The position numbers and the translations under genes are program-made. From Anaeramoeba ignava BMAN (lineage: Eukaryota > Protista > Anaeramoebae), in the NCBI GenBank assembly GCA_028826165.1, contig JAPDFW010000140.1, positions 1 through 64,000 on the forward strand: 64,000 bases of DNA, given 5' to 3'. Each line of letters opens with the position of its first letter. Within the stretch, counting starts at the first letter, position 1. The notes below the pieces were generated by a model. It made no database searches. It was not told the DNA's origin and saw nothing but the letters and a program-made list of their open reading frames with translations. This document shows positions 48,802 to 61,597 of this stretch, piece by piece.

Positions 48802-51800
48802 ATGACTGATAACGATTTACTAGCAAAAAAACATCAACAAGATAATCAACAACCTCAATCACAAGTTAAAATTGCTCCTTCTTTAGTCCCAACGCCAAAA
48901 TTTGGAACAAAAGGAACAAAGATTAATTTAATCACAAATTATTTTCCTTTAAATGCTTCAACAGGACAAACTTATCAATATAGAGTTTCTTTTGATGTAT
49001 TTAGCTTTTTCTTTTTTATTTCTTTATAAATTTTATATTTATATTTATATTTGTATTTATATTTATATTTATATTTATATTTATATTTATAATTATATTT
49101 ATATTTATATTTATATTTATATTTATATTTATATTTATATTTATATTTATATTTATATTTATATTTATATTTATATTTATATTTATATTTGTATTTATAT
49201 TTATATTTATATTTATATTTATATTTATATTTATATTTATATTTATATTTATATTTATATTTATATTTATATTTATATTTATATTTATATTTATATTTAT
49301 ATTTATATTTATATTTATATTTATATTTATTTATATTTATATTTATAATTATATTTATATTTATATTTATAATTATATTTATATTTATATTTATAATTAT
49401 ATTTGTATTTATATTTATATTTATATTTATATTTATATTTATATTTATATTTATATTTATATTTATATTTATATTTATATTTATATTTATAATTTATATT
49501 TATATTTATATTTATGTAATTTATATTTATGTTTTATTTTATGTTTATATTTTATATTTTATATTTTATTTTATATTTATATTTATATTTTATATTTTAT
49601 TTATATTATATTTTTATATTTTTATTTATATTTATATTTGTATTTATATTTATATTTATATTTTATATTTATATTTATATTTATATTTATATTTATATTT
49701 ATATTTATATTTATATTTATATTTATATTTATATTTATATTTATAATTATATTTATATTTATATTTATATTTATATTTATAATTATATTTATATTTATAT
49801 TTATATTTTGTATATTTATATTTATATTTATATTTATATTTATATTTATATTTATATTTATATTTTTTTATATTTTTATTATTTTGAATTTAATTTATTT
49901 TATATTTATATTTATATTTTATTTGATTTATATTTTATATTTATTTTTATTTATATTTATATTTTAATTTAATTTATATTTGAATTTATATTTATATTTA
50001 TATTTATATTTATATTTAATTTTATATTTATATTTAATTTTATAATTATAAAAAAGCCACCAGTTCTTTCAAGAAGACCACGTTCTAGAATGCTAGAAAT
50101 TATTAAAAAATCTATGTGTAATTTAGATTTTTTTTATTATTTTTTATTATTTTTTAATTTAAATTTCTTTTTATAGCTCCATTTGTTTATGATGGAGGTG
50201 AACTTGTTTATTCAAAAGAAAGATTTGAAGATTTTACAAAAGAAATTTCATTTCGAAGAACTGCAACAAAAGTAACTTAAAATTAAAATTAAAATTAAAT
50301 TCATTTATAAAATTAAAATTAAAATTAAAATTAAAATTAAAATTAAAATTAAAATTAAAATTAAAATTAAAATTAAAATTAAATTTAAAATTAAATTTAA
50401 AATTAAAATTAAAATTAAAATTAAAATTCAAAATTGAAAATTAAAATTAAAATTAAAATTAAAATTCAAAATTGAAAATTAAAATTAAAATTAAAATTAA
50501 AATTAAAATTAAAATTAAAATTATAAATAGATTTCTTTCCAACATACTAACATAATAACACCAACAGATACATATTCAATCTCGCAAGTATTAAACATTA
50601 CATTTTCACTTGTTCTTCAAGCATTAGGACTTCAACAAATTCGAAGAAATTATTTTGACTCTAAAAAATCAATCAAAGACGAACGAAGTCACTCAGAATT
50701 ATGGCAAGGATATCAAACAACAATTTACGATACTAAAGCAGGACTTTGTTTAAACTTAGATATCTTGAACAAAATAATTCGAACAGATACAGTTTATGAT
50801 AAATTATCCACTTTATATTCTGATTATTATCATCAATATTCTCACAGAGAACTTGATTTTAGAGATCGTGGATTCCAGGATTTTATCCGCAAGAATTTAA
50901 AAGAACAATCAGTTATGACTCTTTATAACAATCGGTTCTACACAATTACTGATCTTGATTTCTCGTATTTTATATCTTTTAATGATCCTTTTGATTCCAA
51001 ATCAAAATTTCTTATTGCTTTATTTTTATTTTTATTATTTTTATTTTTATTAGAAAAAATCCAAATTATGAGTTTAAATTTAAAGATAAAACAATTTCTC
51101 TTTATCGATATTATCAAGATACTTATCATTTGAAAATTAAAAATGGTTCACAACCACTTTTATTAATTAAAAAAGAAACCAAGACATCAGATGGACAGAA
51201 AAGCCATAATTTAATTTATTTAATTCCAGAGTTATGTTATATGGCAGGAGGGTATAATAATTATAATTCATTTATAAATAATTAAAATCAAAATCAAAAT
51301 TAAAATTAAAATTAAAATTTAAATTAAAATTAAAATTAAAATTAAAATTAAAATTAAAATTAAAATTAAAATTAAAATTAAAATTAAAATTAAAATTAAA
51401 ATTAAAATTAAAATTGAAATTAAAATTAAAATTAAAATTGAAATTAAAATTAAAATTGAAATTAAAATCAAAATTAAAATTAAAATTAAAATTAAAATCA
51501 AAATTAATATTAAAATAAAAATTAAAATTAAATTTAAAAATTAAAATTTAAATTAAAATTAAAATTAAAATTAAAATTAAAATTAAAATTAAAATTAAAA
51601 TTAAAATTGAAAATTAAAATTAAAATTAAAATTAAAATTAAAATTAAAATTAAAATTAAAATTAAAATTAAAATTAAAATTAAAATTAAAATTAAAAATA
51701 AGAACTGCAAAAAAAGCACCAGTTCCAAAACCTTTTATGAGACATGTACATGTTCCTCCAAGAGAAAGAATTCAACGACTTTTAGATTTTATAAAACAAA

Positions 51801-54800
51801 TGAATTCTGATCGAAATTCCCAAGAAATTCTGAAATTATGGCAATTTCAAGTGCAATCAATGTATTGCAAAGTAACAGGAAGAGTGCTTCCTTCACAGAA
51901 AATTATGGTTCAAGATAGAACTATTACACCTGATCAAACTGCTAATTGGAAAAAGGATATGAGAAATGTTAAGTTAATTAAGACTCTTAAGTTTCCAAAA
52001 TGGGTGATTTTTCATTCTCCAAATTTTAATACACGACAATTTGAATCTGAAATTTCAAAGGTAATTAAAATAAAATTAAATATTATTATTCTTCAAAACT
52101 TAAATAATAGAGTTGTAATTTTAAATTTATTTTTATTTTGTAATTTTAAATTTATTTTTATAAATATTTTTGTAATTATTTTTGTAATTATTTTTATAAT
52201 TATTTTTATAAATATTTTTTTTATATTTTATAAATATTTTTATAAATATTTTTATAATTATTTTTATAAATATTTTTATAAATATTTTTATAATTATTTT
52301 TATAAATATTTTTATAAATATTTTTGTAAATATTTTTATAATTATTTTTATATTTATTTTTATAATTATTTTTAAATTTATTTTTTATTTTTGTAATTTT
52401 AAATTTATTTTTATAAATATTTTTGTAATTATTTTTATAAATATTTTTATAATTATTTTTATAATTATTTTTATAAATATTTTTATAAAATATTTTTATA
52501 ATTATTTTTATAAATATTTTATAAATATTTTATAAATATTTTTGTAATTATTTTTATAAATATTTTTTGTAATTATTTTTATAAATTTATTTTTATAAAT
52601 ATTTTTATAATTATTTTTATAATTATTTTTATAATTATTTTTATAAATATTTTTATAAATATTTTTGTAATTATTTTTATAAATATTTTTATAAATATTT
52701 TTGTAATTATTTTTATAAATATTTTTGTAATTATTTTTATAAATTTATTTTTATAAATATTTTTATAATTATTTTTATAATTATTTTTATAATTATTTTT
52801 ATAAATTATTTTATAAATATTTTTGTAAATTTTGTAAATTTATTTTTATAAATATTTTTATAATTATTTTTGTAAATATTTTATAAATATTTTTATAATT
52901 ATTTTGTAAATATTTTTATAATTTTTATAAATATTTTTATAAATATTTTTATAAATAATAATTATTTTTATAAATATTTTTTATAATTATTTTTATAATT
53001 ATTTTATAATTATTTTTGTAAATTATTTTTATAAATATTTTTATAAATATTTTTATAATTATTTTTATAAATATTTTTGTAATTATTTTTATAATTATTT
53101 TTATAATTATTTTTATAATTATTTTTATAAATATTTTTGTAAATTTATTTTATAAATATTTTTATAATTATTTTTATAATTATTTTTTGTAATTATTTTT
53201 ATAATTATTTTTATATTTATTTTTGTAAATATTTTTTGTAATTATTTTTGTAAATTTATTTTGTAAATATTTTTATAATTATTTTTATAAAATATTTTTA
53301 TAAATATTTTTATAATTATTTTTATAATTATTTTTATAATTATTTTTATAAATATTTTTGTAAATATTTTTATAATTATTTTTATAATTATTTTTATAAA
53401 TATTTTTATAAATATTTTTATAATTATTTTTATAAATATTTTTGTAAATATTTTTATAATTATTTTTATAATTATTTTTATAATTATTTTTATAAATATT
53501 TTTATAATTATTTTTAAATTTATTTTTATAAATATTTTTATAATTATTTTTGTAATTATTTTTATAATTATTTTTGTAATTATTTTTGTAAATATTTTTA
53601 TAAATATTTTTATAAATATTTTTATTTTTATTTTTATAATTATTTTGTAAATATTTTTGTAATTATTTTTGTAAATTTATTTTTGTAAATATTTTAAATT
53701 CAAATCAGATTTCAAAAGGTCTTGAAATTCCATTTGGAAAACCCAAAACAGTTTCATGTAGATTTGATCATTATGATGAATTTAGTAGTAAAATTCGTGA
53801 TGAACTTACTAGTGATTGTTCATTAGCAGTCTTCATTCTTCCTGATTCACGAAAGGATCATTACGATATGATAAAACATGAAACAGCCACACGTATACCA
53901 ATTCCAACACAATGCATTCTTGGCTCAACAATATCAGATCCAAAGAAACTTTCAGCAGTATGCGGACAAATCATTATGCAGGTAAAATTAAATATTTAAT
54001 ATTTATTATTTATTTAATATTTAATATTTAATTAATATTTTAATTTAATATTTTAATTTAATATTTATTTTAATATTTTTAATTTAATATTTAATATTTA
54101 ATTTAATATTTATTTTATTATTTATTATTTAATATTTATTATTTAATATTTATTATTTAATATTTAATTTAATATTTAATATTTAATTTAATATTTATTT
54201 TAATATTTAATATTTAATATTTAATATTTATAATTTAATATTTATTATTTAATTTAATATTTAATATTTATAATTTAATATTTAATATTTAATATTTAAT
54301 ATTTTTATTTAAATAATTTAAATATTTAATATTTAATATTTAATATTTTTAGGTAAATTGTAAAGCAGGCGGAGCACTTTGGGGAATTGGACTTCCCAAA
54401 CGGGATATTATGTATGTTGGAATCGATTCAGCCCGAGATTCACAAAACAAAACGAAATCTATAACAGCAATAGTATCATCAACAAATTCCCAATGCACAG
54501 AATATTACAGTTCTATAGTAATCCAACAACCACGACAAGAATCAATAACAGGATTAACAGAAGTATTCCACAAAGCATTAGATCAATATTATTTAAAAAA
54601 CAAAGGAAAACCACCAGGTCATTTAATAATTTATCGAGACGGAGTAACGGATCCACAAATCCAATTAGTATTAGAGAAAGAAATCCCCCAAATTCAAGAA
54701 GGATGCCGAAAATGCTCTCCAAAATACAAGCCACACATCACTTACGTTGTGGTTCAAAAACGCATCAAAACCCGTTTTTTTGATGGCGATAATAACCCCC

Positions 54801-55108
54801 CTCCCGGCACAATTCTTGACCAAGACATAACAACTCCAAATCGTTTTGATTTCTTTCTTGTCCCCCAAAAAGTCAATATGGGATCCGCAACTCCGGTCCA
54901 TTTTACTTGCGTATATGACTCTGCTAATATCCCTGCTGATGCTCTTCAGGAAGTCACTTTTCAATTGTGTCATCTTTATTATAATTGGTCTGGTACTGTT
55001 AGAGTCCCTTCTGTTTGTCAATACGCAAGCAAACTTACTTCGTTGATTTCTCAATCAGTTCATGAGGATATTCGTCCTGAACTCAAAGATAAACTTTATT
55101 TCCTTTAA
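48802..55108 (+). CDS. PIWI: PIWI-clade Argonaute (N-PAZ-MID-PIWI), 789 aa, 8 exons
   Basis: Exons 48802-48996, 50057-50117, 50177-50271, 50531-50964, 51054-51251, 51703-52060, 53709-53981, 54353-55108 join in frame; [87 protein letters not shown]. Confidence 0.96.
49030..50045. repeat. (TTTATA)n microsatellite in PIWI intron 1
   Basis: Hexamer run. Confidence 0.9.
52140..53695. repeat. 12-bp repeat AA(A/T)TATTTTT(A/G)T in PIWI intron 6
   Basis: Fills intron 52061-53708. Confidence 0.9.
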
Positions 55109-55388
55109 TTTCCTTTAATTTTCTTTAATTTTTTCTTTTCTTTTCTTTTTTTTTTTTCAATATCAGTTTGATAAAAAAATTCGAAAAATTATTAAAATAA
55201 TCAAATAAAAAAACCAAAAATTTATTTGCTTTTTTCTTTCTTTTTTTTTTATTGGAATTGAATTGAAAATAAATTGGAAATAAATTGATTTAAAATGAAT
55301 TAAATTGGAATTTAAAATAAATTGAAAATAAATTGGAATTGAATTGGATTTGAATGGAAATTGGAATTTGAATTGGAAATAAATTTTT

Positions 55389-58300
55389 CTATTTCTTATC
55401 ATTGGGTTTTGTTGTAACTGTATGACTTCTTTTAGATCTATTATGATGATGAGGAGATTTTGAATTATGACGAGATGTTGAATTACGACGAGATGTTGAA
55501 GTATTAGATGTTGAATTACGACGAGATGTTGATGTCTGTTGATATCTATGAGGAGATTCAGTTTTATCTTTTGGTTTTTGATTAGTTTTATCAATACTGT
55601 TTCTTGTATTTTTATTATCCTTTTTATTATCCTTTTTATCAATACTTTTTTTTGTAGTTTTATCATCCTTTTTATCTTTCTTTTTATCTTTTGGTTTTTG
55701 ATTAGTTTTATCAATACTGTTTCTTGTATTTTTATCATCTTTTTTATTATCCTTTTTATCATCCTTTTTATCTTTCTTTTTATCTTTTGGTTTTTGATTA
55801 GTTTTATCAATACTGTTTCTTGTATTTTTATCATCTTTTTTATTATCTTTTTTATTATCCTTTTTATCTTTCTTTTTATTATCCTTTTTATCAATACTTT
55901 TTTTTGTAGTTTTATTATCCTTTTTATCTTTTGGTTTTTGATTAGTTTTATCAATACTGTTTCTTGTAGTTTTATCTTCCTTTTTATTATCCTTTTTATC
56001 AATACTTTTTTTTGTAGTTTTATCTTCCTTTTTATCTTCCTTTTTATCTTCCTTTTTATCTTCCTTTTTATCTTCCTTTTTATTTTCCTTTTTATTATCC
56101 TTTTTATTATCCTTTTTATCAATACTTTTTTTTGTAGTTTTATCTTCCTTTTTATTATCCTTTTTATCTTCCTTTTTATCAATACTTTTTTTTGTAGTTT
56201 TATCATCCTTTTTATTATCTTTTTTATTATCCTTTTTATCTTCCTTTTTATCTTCCTTTTTATTATCCTTTTTATCTTCCTTTTTATCAATACTTTTTTT
56301 TGTAGTTTTATCATCCTTTTTATCATCCTTTTTATCTTTCTTTTTATCTTTTGGTTTTTGATTAGTTTTATCAATACTGTTTCTTGTAGTTTTATCATCT
56401 TTTTTATTATCTTTTTTATCATCCTTTTTATTATCTTTTTTATTATCCTTTTTATCTTTCTTTTTATCAATACTTTTTTTTGTAGTTTTATCTTTTGGTT
56501 TTTGATTAGTTTTATCAATACTGTTTCTTGTAGTTTTATCTTCCTTTTTATTATCCTTTTTATCAATACTTTTTTTTGTAGTTTTATCTTCCTTTTTATC
56601 TTCCTTTTTATTATCCTTTTTATTATCCTTTTTATCAATACTTTTTTTTGTAGTTTTATCTTCCTTTTTATTATCCTTTTTATTATCCTTTTTATCAATA
56701 CTTTTTTTTGTAGTTTTATCATCCTTTTTATTATCTTTTTTATTATCCTTTTTATCTTTCTTTTTATCAATACTTTTTTTTGTAGTTTTATCATCCTTTT
56801 TATCAATACTTTTTTTTGTAGTTTTATCAATACTTTTTTTTGTAGTTTTATCTTTTGGTTTTTCATTTTCATTTTCATTTTGGTTTTGATTTTGATTTTG
56901 GTTTTGATTTTCATTTTGATTTTGATTTTCATTTTGATTTTGATTTTGATTTTGATTTTGATTTTGATTTTGATTTTGATTTTGATTTTGATTTTGATTT
57001 TGATTTTCATTTTGGTTTTGGTTTTCATTTTGATTCAGATTTTGGCTTTCTGGTTCCTCTTCTACTAATTCTTGTCCATAAGGTAATAACATCCAATTTA
57101 CCTCTACCTTTTTAATAAAAATCTCAAATGACTTAATATCCTCCATTTCTGACTGCAAAATTTTCCCCCAATCAACAACCTCAAACTTCCCTTGTTTCAA
57201 AAATTTTGATTGATTTTCTTTCATTTTATAAATATTTTCCATTCTTTTTGAATAATATTGCAATTTAATAAGAAAATCAGAAACTGAATCCTTTACAAAT
57301 TTGTCTTGTCTCTCTTTTTCTCTTTGATATAATTGTTGGAACTTAGATTTGATTTTTTCATTCTCTTCATTTTTTAGTTTTTGAATAGTTGGAATGATAG
57401 AATTTAATTTCTTTTTTTGAACCTTTTCAAATTTTGGTGTTTCATTCACCATTTTAATAACTTTATTTATAAAACTTTCCAGTTTTTCAAATGTTTTGTT
57501 TGATTCCAAATTGTAAAATTGACTTCCAAGTTTCCTGCAAATCTTAGCAATTTCTTCAACACTTTTCTCCATCAATTCTTCAAGACTAATTTTTAAAAGA
57601 TCCTCAATTTCTTCTTTTGAATTATGCCTAATTTTCTTCCAATTTTCCATATATTTTTCTGCAAAAATTGATTTATTATTTTGAAATCCAGTTCCATTTT
57701 CAGTCAATGGGAAAATATGCTTGTGAAGTTTTTGATAAACTTTGATTTTTTCACTTGGATTGCCAATAAATTGGCCCCAAGGAAATTGCGTCAAAATTTT
57801 CTCGTGAATCTCAATAAAAGCGTCGATTGTATAAGCCTCGATTCTATCACTACTATTTGTGATATCATCTTTATAACTTTGGTAATATCTTTTTCCACAA
57901 TTATTAAAATTATAAGAGTAAACTAGATCACACCTTAATTTTCCCAAATCAATCGGTTCATTCAGAAAATTTGGGTCTGATAATTTCTTGATGAGATGAG
58001 TTGATAACGATTCCATCATGAAGCCTCGAAACTCAAGAAATTTGATGTGATTTTGTTTCGAGTTATTAAACATTTTGGGTTGTGAATTTGAACGGAAAAA
58101 TTCTGTTAAGTAATACAGATCAAATTGTGACATCAAATCCAATTTGGGAACAGAAATAAAATCCAACTTCATAAACGAATTAAAAATGGATTCTGCAAAA
58201 TTTTTTGGATAGTCCTTGTTTTTTGATTGAGATTGAAATATTTTTTGAAAAAAAGTTTCTGTGCTCATCGATGCTTTTACTGGGGAATCATGATAAATCC

Positions 58301-61300
58301 ACACAAGAGATGGAAAAAATCGGCTTAATCCTTGTTTTCTTTTATCTGTAATTGTAAAATGTTTCTCGTCCATTAAATTTGATAATGAAGATATAAAATC
58401 CAAATTTGGTTCTTCTTGATACTTCAAATTGACACAAATTATTGTGCTCAATGAAACTAAAAGTGTTGCTATTTGCTTTTTTTGGACTTCAGTGTGATTC
58501 TTGTTTCCAAATCCTATTCCATTTAGGAAAACAAATGTTTCTATATGATCCTCAACTACTAAATCAAATGTTTTTTCATAAATCCAAATCTCAAATGTGT
58601 TATCTTCATCAAGAATAATTTGATTTGAATTAATTTCTGCTCCAAAAATCTGGTCAAGAATTTGGAAATTTACTAAAAAAATATTTTAAAATTAAATTTA
58701 AATTTAAAATTAAATTTAAAAATTATTTAAAAATTAAATTGTACAATATTGATTTTCTCCGATCATCATCACAAAATGAACTGGATGTGAAATTTTTCCA
58801 ATAATATCAACCTCTTTTTCGTTGTCAACAATTAATTTTTCATCTAATCCCAACTCAAACAACAGGTATCTTTCGTAAGATGATTTAGAAATCTTCTCTT
58901 TCGTAAAAGAATTGGTTTTTTCTTTGATTTTCGAATATTGCTCCATTTCTTCATCAATTTTTTTGATTTGCTCATTAAAAAATTTTTTTTCTTTAATTAA
59001 TTTTTCTTGTTCTTGCTTTAAATTATTCAATTCCTGGAAACCATCCAACTTTTTCATATCTTCTTCTTTTTTTTTTTCGGATTGAATTGTTTCCTCAAGA
59101 ACTTCATTTTCTTTTGTTTTTGTTTTTAATCCTTCTTTTAAAGTATTAATTGAAGTTTTTAATTCTTGGATTTTGACTTCATTGGGATCTTTTTCGTCAC
59201 TAACTTGCAAAAAAACTTGGTCCCATAATTCTTGGAATTCTGTTTCGAAATTTAGATTTTGCTCATTCGACTTGGGAATTTTTAATTTTTGTTGATCTTT
59301 TAATTTTTGTTGATCTTTCAATTTTTGTTGATCTTCTAATTTTTGTTGATCTTCTAATTTTTGTTGATCTTCTAATTTTTGTTGATCTTCTAATTTTTGT
59401 TGATCTTCTAATTTTTGTTGATCTTCTAATTTTTGTTGATCTTCTAATTTTTGTTGATTCTTTTTATATTTCAATTCAAGTTCCTTCATTTCTTTTTCCA
59501 TTTTTTCAAATTCTTCTTGGACTTTCTCAATCTTCTTTTTTTCCTTTTCAAAATCAGATTCAGAATCAGATTTCTTGGTATTTGCAACTTGGGGTGATTG
59601 CTTTATTTTCTTATCAATTTCTGCTAAACTCTCTTCATTTGTTTTTACTTTCTGTTCAATTTCCGCAATTTGTTGACTTAAATTTCCTATTTTTTTGGAT
59701 CTTTTTGTTTTTTCGATTGAAAATTTTTTTTTCCAATTTTCTAAATCTTTTGCTTTTTGATTCAATAAATCTTCATTTTTTTTAACTAATTCTTGCAACT
59801 TGCTTTTCTCGATATTTTTTTGTTTGAATTGCGGATCAAGTTGTGGGGTATTTTGCATTGGCTTGATGTTTTTGAATTGGGGATTTTTTGAGTAAATTTG
59901 TTGAATAGATCTTTGTATCTGTGTGATTTGTTCTTGTAATTTTTGTGATGATTGTAGAAGATTTTGATACTCAATATTTTTTCTGCTTGATCTTATTTGA
60001 GGAGCTTTTGGATTTTTCTTTAATTCTTCAATTTCTTTCTGTACTTTTATTATTGTGTTATCGATTTGCTTTTTCTGTTGAATTTTTTCTTGTTTTTGAT
60101 CCAATTTTGCGAAATAATTTTTTAGTTTTGGGTCATTTTGATTATATTGAATATTTTGGCTATTTTGATTATTTTGATTGTTTTTCTGTTTTAATTCTAA
60201 AATATTTTTCTCTAAATCTCCAATTTCTTTTTTCTTTTCTTCAATTTCTTGTTTTAATTTTTCCATTTCATCGCCTTCTTTTTTTATTTTTTCTTCTTCT
60301 TTAAATAAAAACGATTTAAAATTTTGTTCATTTTTTTGCTTTTCTTTGTGCATATTTGTCTTTTTTTGATTTAACTCATTGAGATCTTTTTCCGTTTTTT
60401 GGAATTCTTTTTGAAGATTCTTTTTTTCTTGCTGATTTAATGCTTCTCCTTTTTTTTCTTTTTGTTTTGATTTTTCTAATTGTTTTTGCAGTTCTTTTGC
60501 ATTTGCTTTTTGTTCTTGAAGTGTTTTGGCTTTATTTTTTAGTTCTAAATCCAAATTTTCCATTTTTGTCTTCAGAGTTTGAGATTCTTGGTTTAATTTC
60601 TGTAATTTCTGTTGATTTTGTTGATTTTGTTGATGCTTTTTATTCAAATCATTTTCTAATTGATTGAAATTTTTTTCCACTTTTTCCTCTTTGTTTACAA
60701 ATGAGATTTGTTTTAATTTTTGGAATTTCTTTTGAAATTGTTTTATATCTTGATTAATTTTAGCTGATTCACTTTTATTATTTTTTGCTTTTAATTCCAA
60801 TCGATTCAAAAGATTTTGGAGTTCTTCAATTTTTTCATCTTTTAAAATTTCATTCAATTCATCTTTTATTTTTTGGAGGTTTTTTTCAATTTTTTGGATT
60901 TCCTTTTCTTTTAATTCAATTTCTTGATTATTTTTATTTTTTAATGAACCAAGATTTTGGAATTTTGATCCTAATTTTTGATATTCTTGATTAATTTTGT
61001 TTTTTTCTTTTAAATCTTTCTCTAAAGAAGTTTTAATTGTTTGAATTTGTGAATTTAATTCTAAGTTTTGCTTTTTTTCTTCTTCCAATATTTTATTTTC
61101 CGTTATTATTTTTGCTTTTAATTCTCCAATTTGACTTTCCAAATGCTGAATTATTGTTTTCAATGAATTAATATTTACTTCTTCTTTTTCTTTTTTTTCT
61201 TTTTCTTCTTTATGTTTTCCGGCAATTTCTTGCAATTTTTCTTGTTCTTTTTCAAATTCTTTTTCTTTTTCCTTTAATTTTTTATCTAATTCTGTATTTT

Positions 61301-61433
61301 CTTTCTGAATATTTTCGAGTTTTTCTTGAAATCTTTCATTTTCTTCAACTCTCTTTAAATTTCGGACAAGTTCTTTTTGTTTTTCAATTTCTTTTAGAAA
61401 TTTTTCTAATATTTGAATTTTATTATTTGACAT
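55389..61433 (-). CDS. ~1990-aa coiled-coil / degenerate guanylate-binding protein (GBP) domain / K-D-rich repeat protein
   Basis: Exons 61433-58745 and 58672-55389 join in frame; KISHPVHFVMMIG..IWIY..FVFLNGIGFG..QIATLLVSLSTIICVN..FFPSLVWIYHD aligns by eye with GBP ITQPVVVVAIVG..GIWMW..LVLLDTEGLG..IFALAVLLSSTFVYN..FFPDFVWTLRD. Confidence 0.75.
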
Positions 61434-61546
61434 TTATTTGTAAAAAAAAAATGAAAAGTGGAATTAAAAATTATTTTTTTTTTCCTTTTTTTAATTATTT
61501 TTTTTTTCTCCTTTTGTTTTTTTTCATTTTTTTCAAATTTCCGATT

Positions 61547-61590
61547 TTTCATTTTTCATTTTTCATTTTTTTCATTTTTTTCATTTTTTT
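61547..61590 (+). promoter_or_regulatory. Five tandem TCATTTTT Inr-like motifs upstream of DHHC gene
   Basis: ttcatttttcatttttcatttttttcatttttttcattttt just before the ATG at 61598. Confidence 0.6.
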
Positions 61591-61597
61591 TTTTCAA

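Noticed and set aside
55163-57068. 621-aa and 509-aa ORFs overlapping the GBP-like tail
   Set aside because: Shadow frames of a stop-poor K/D repeat
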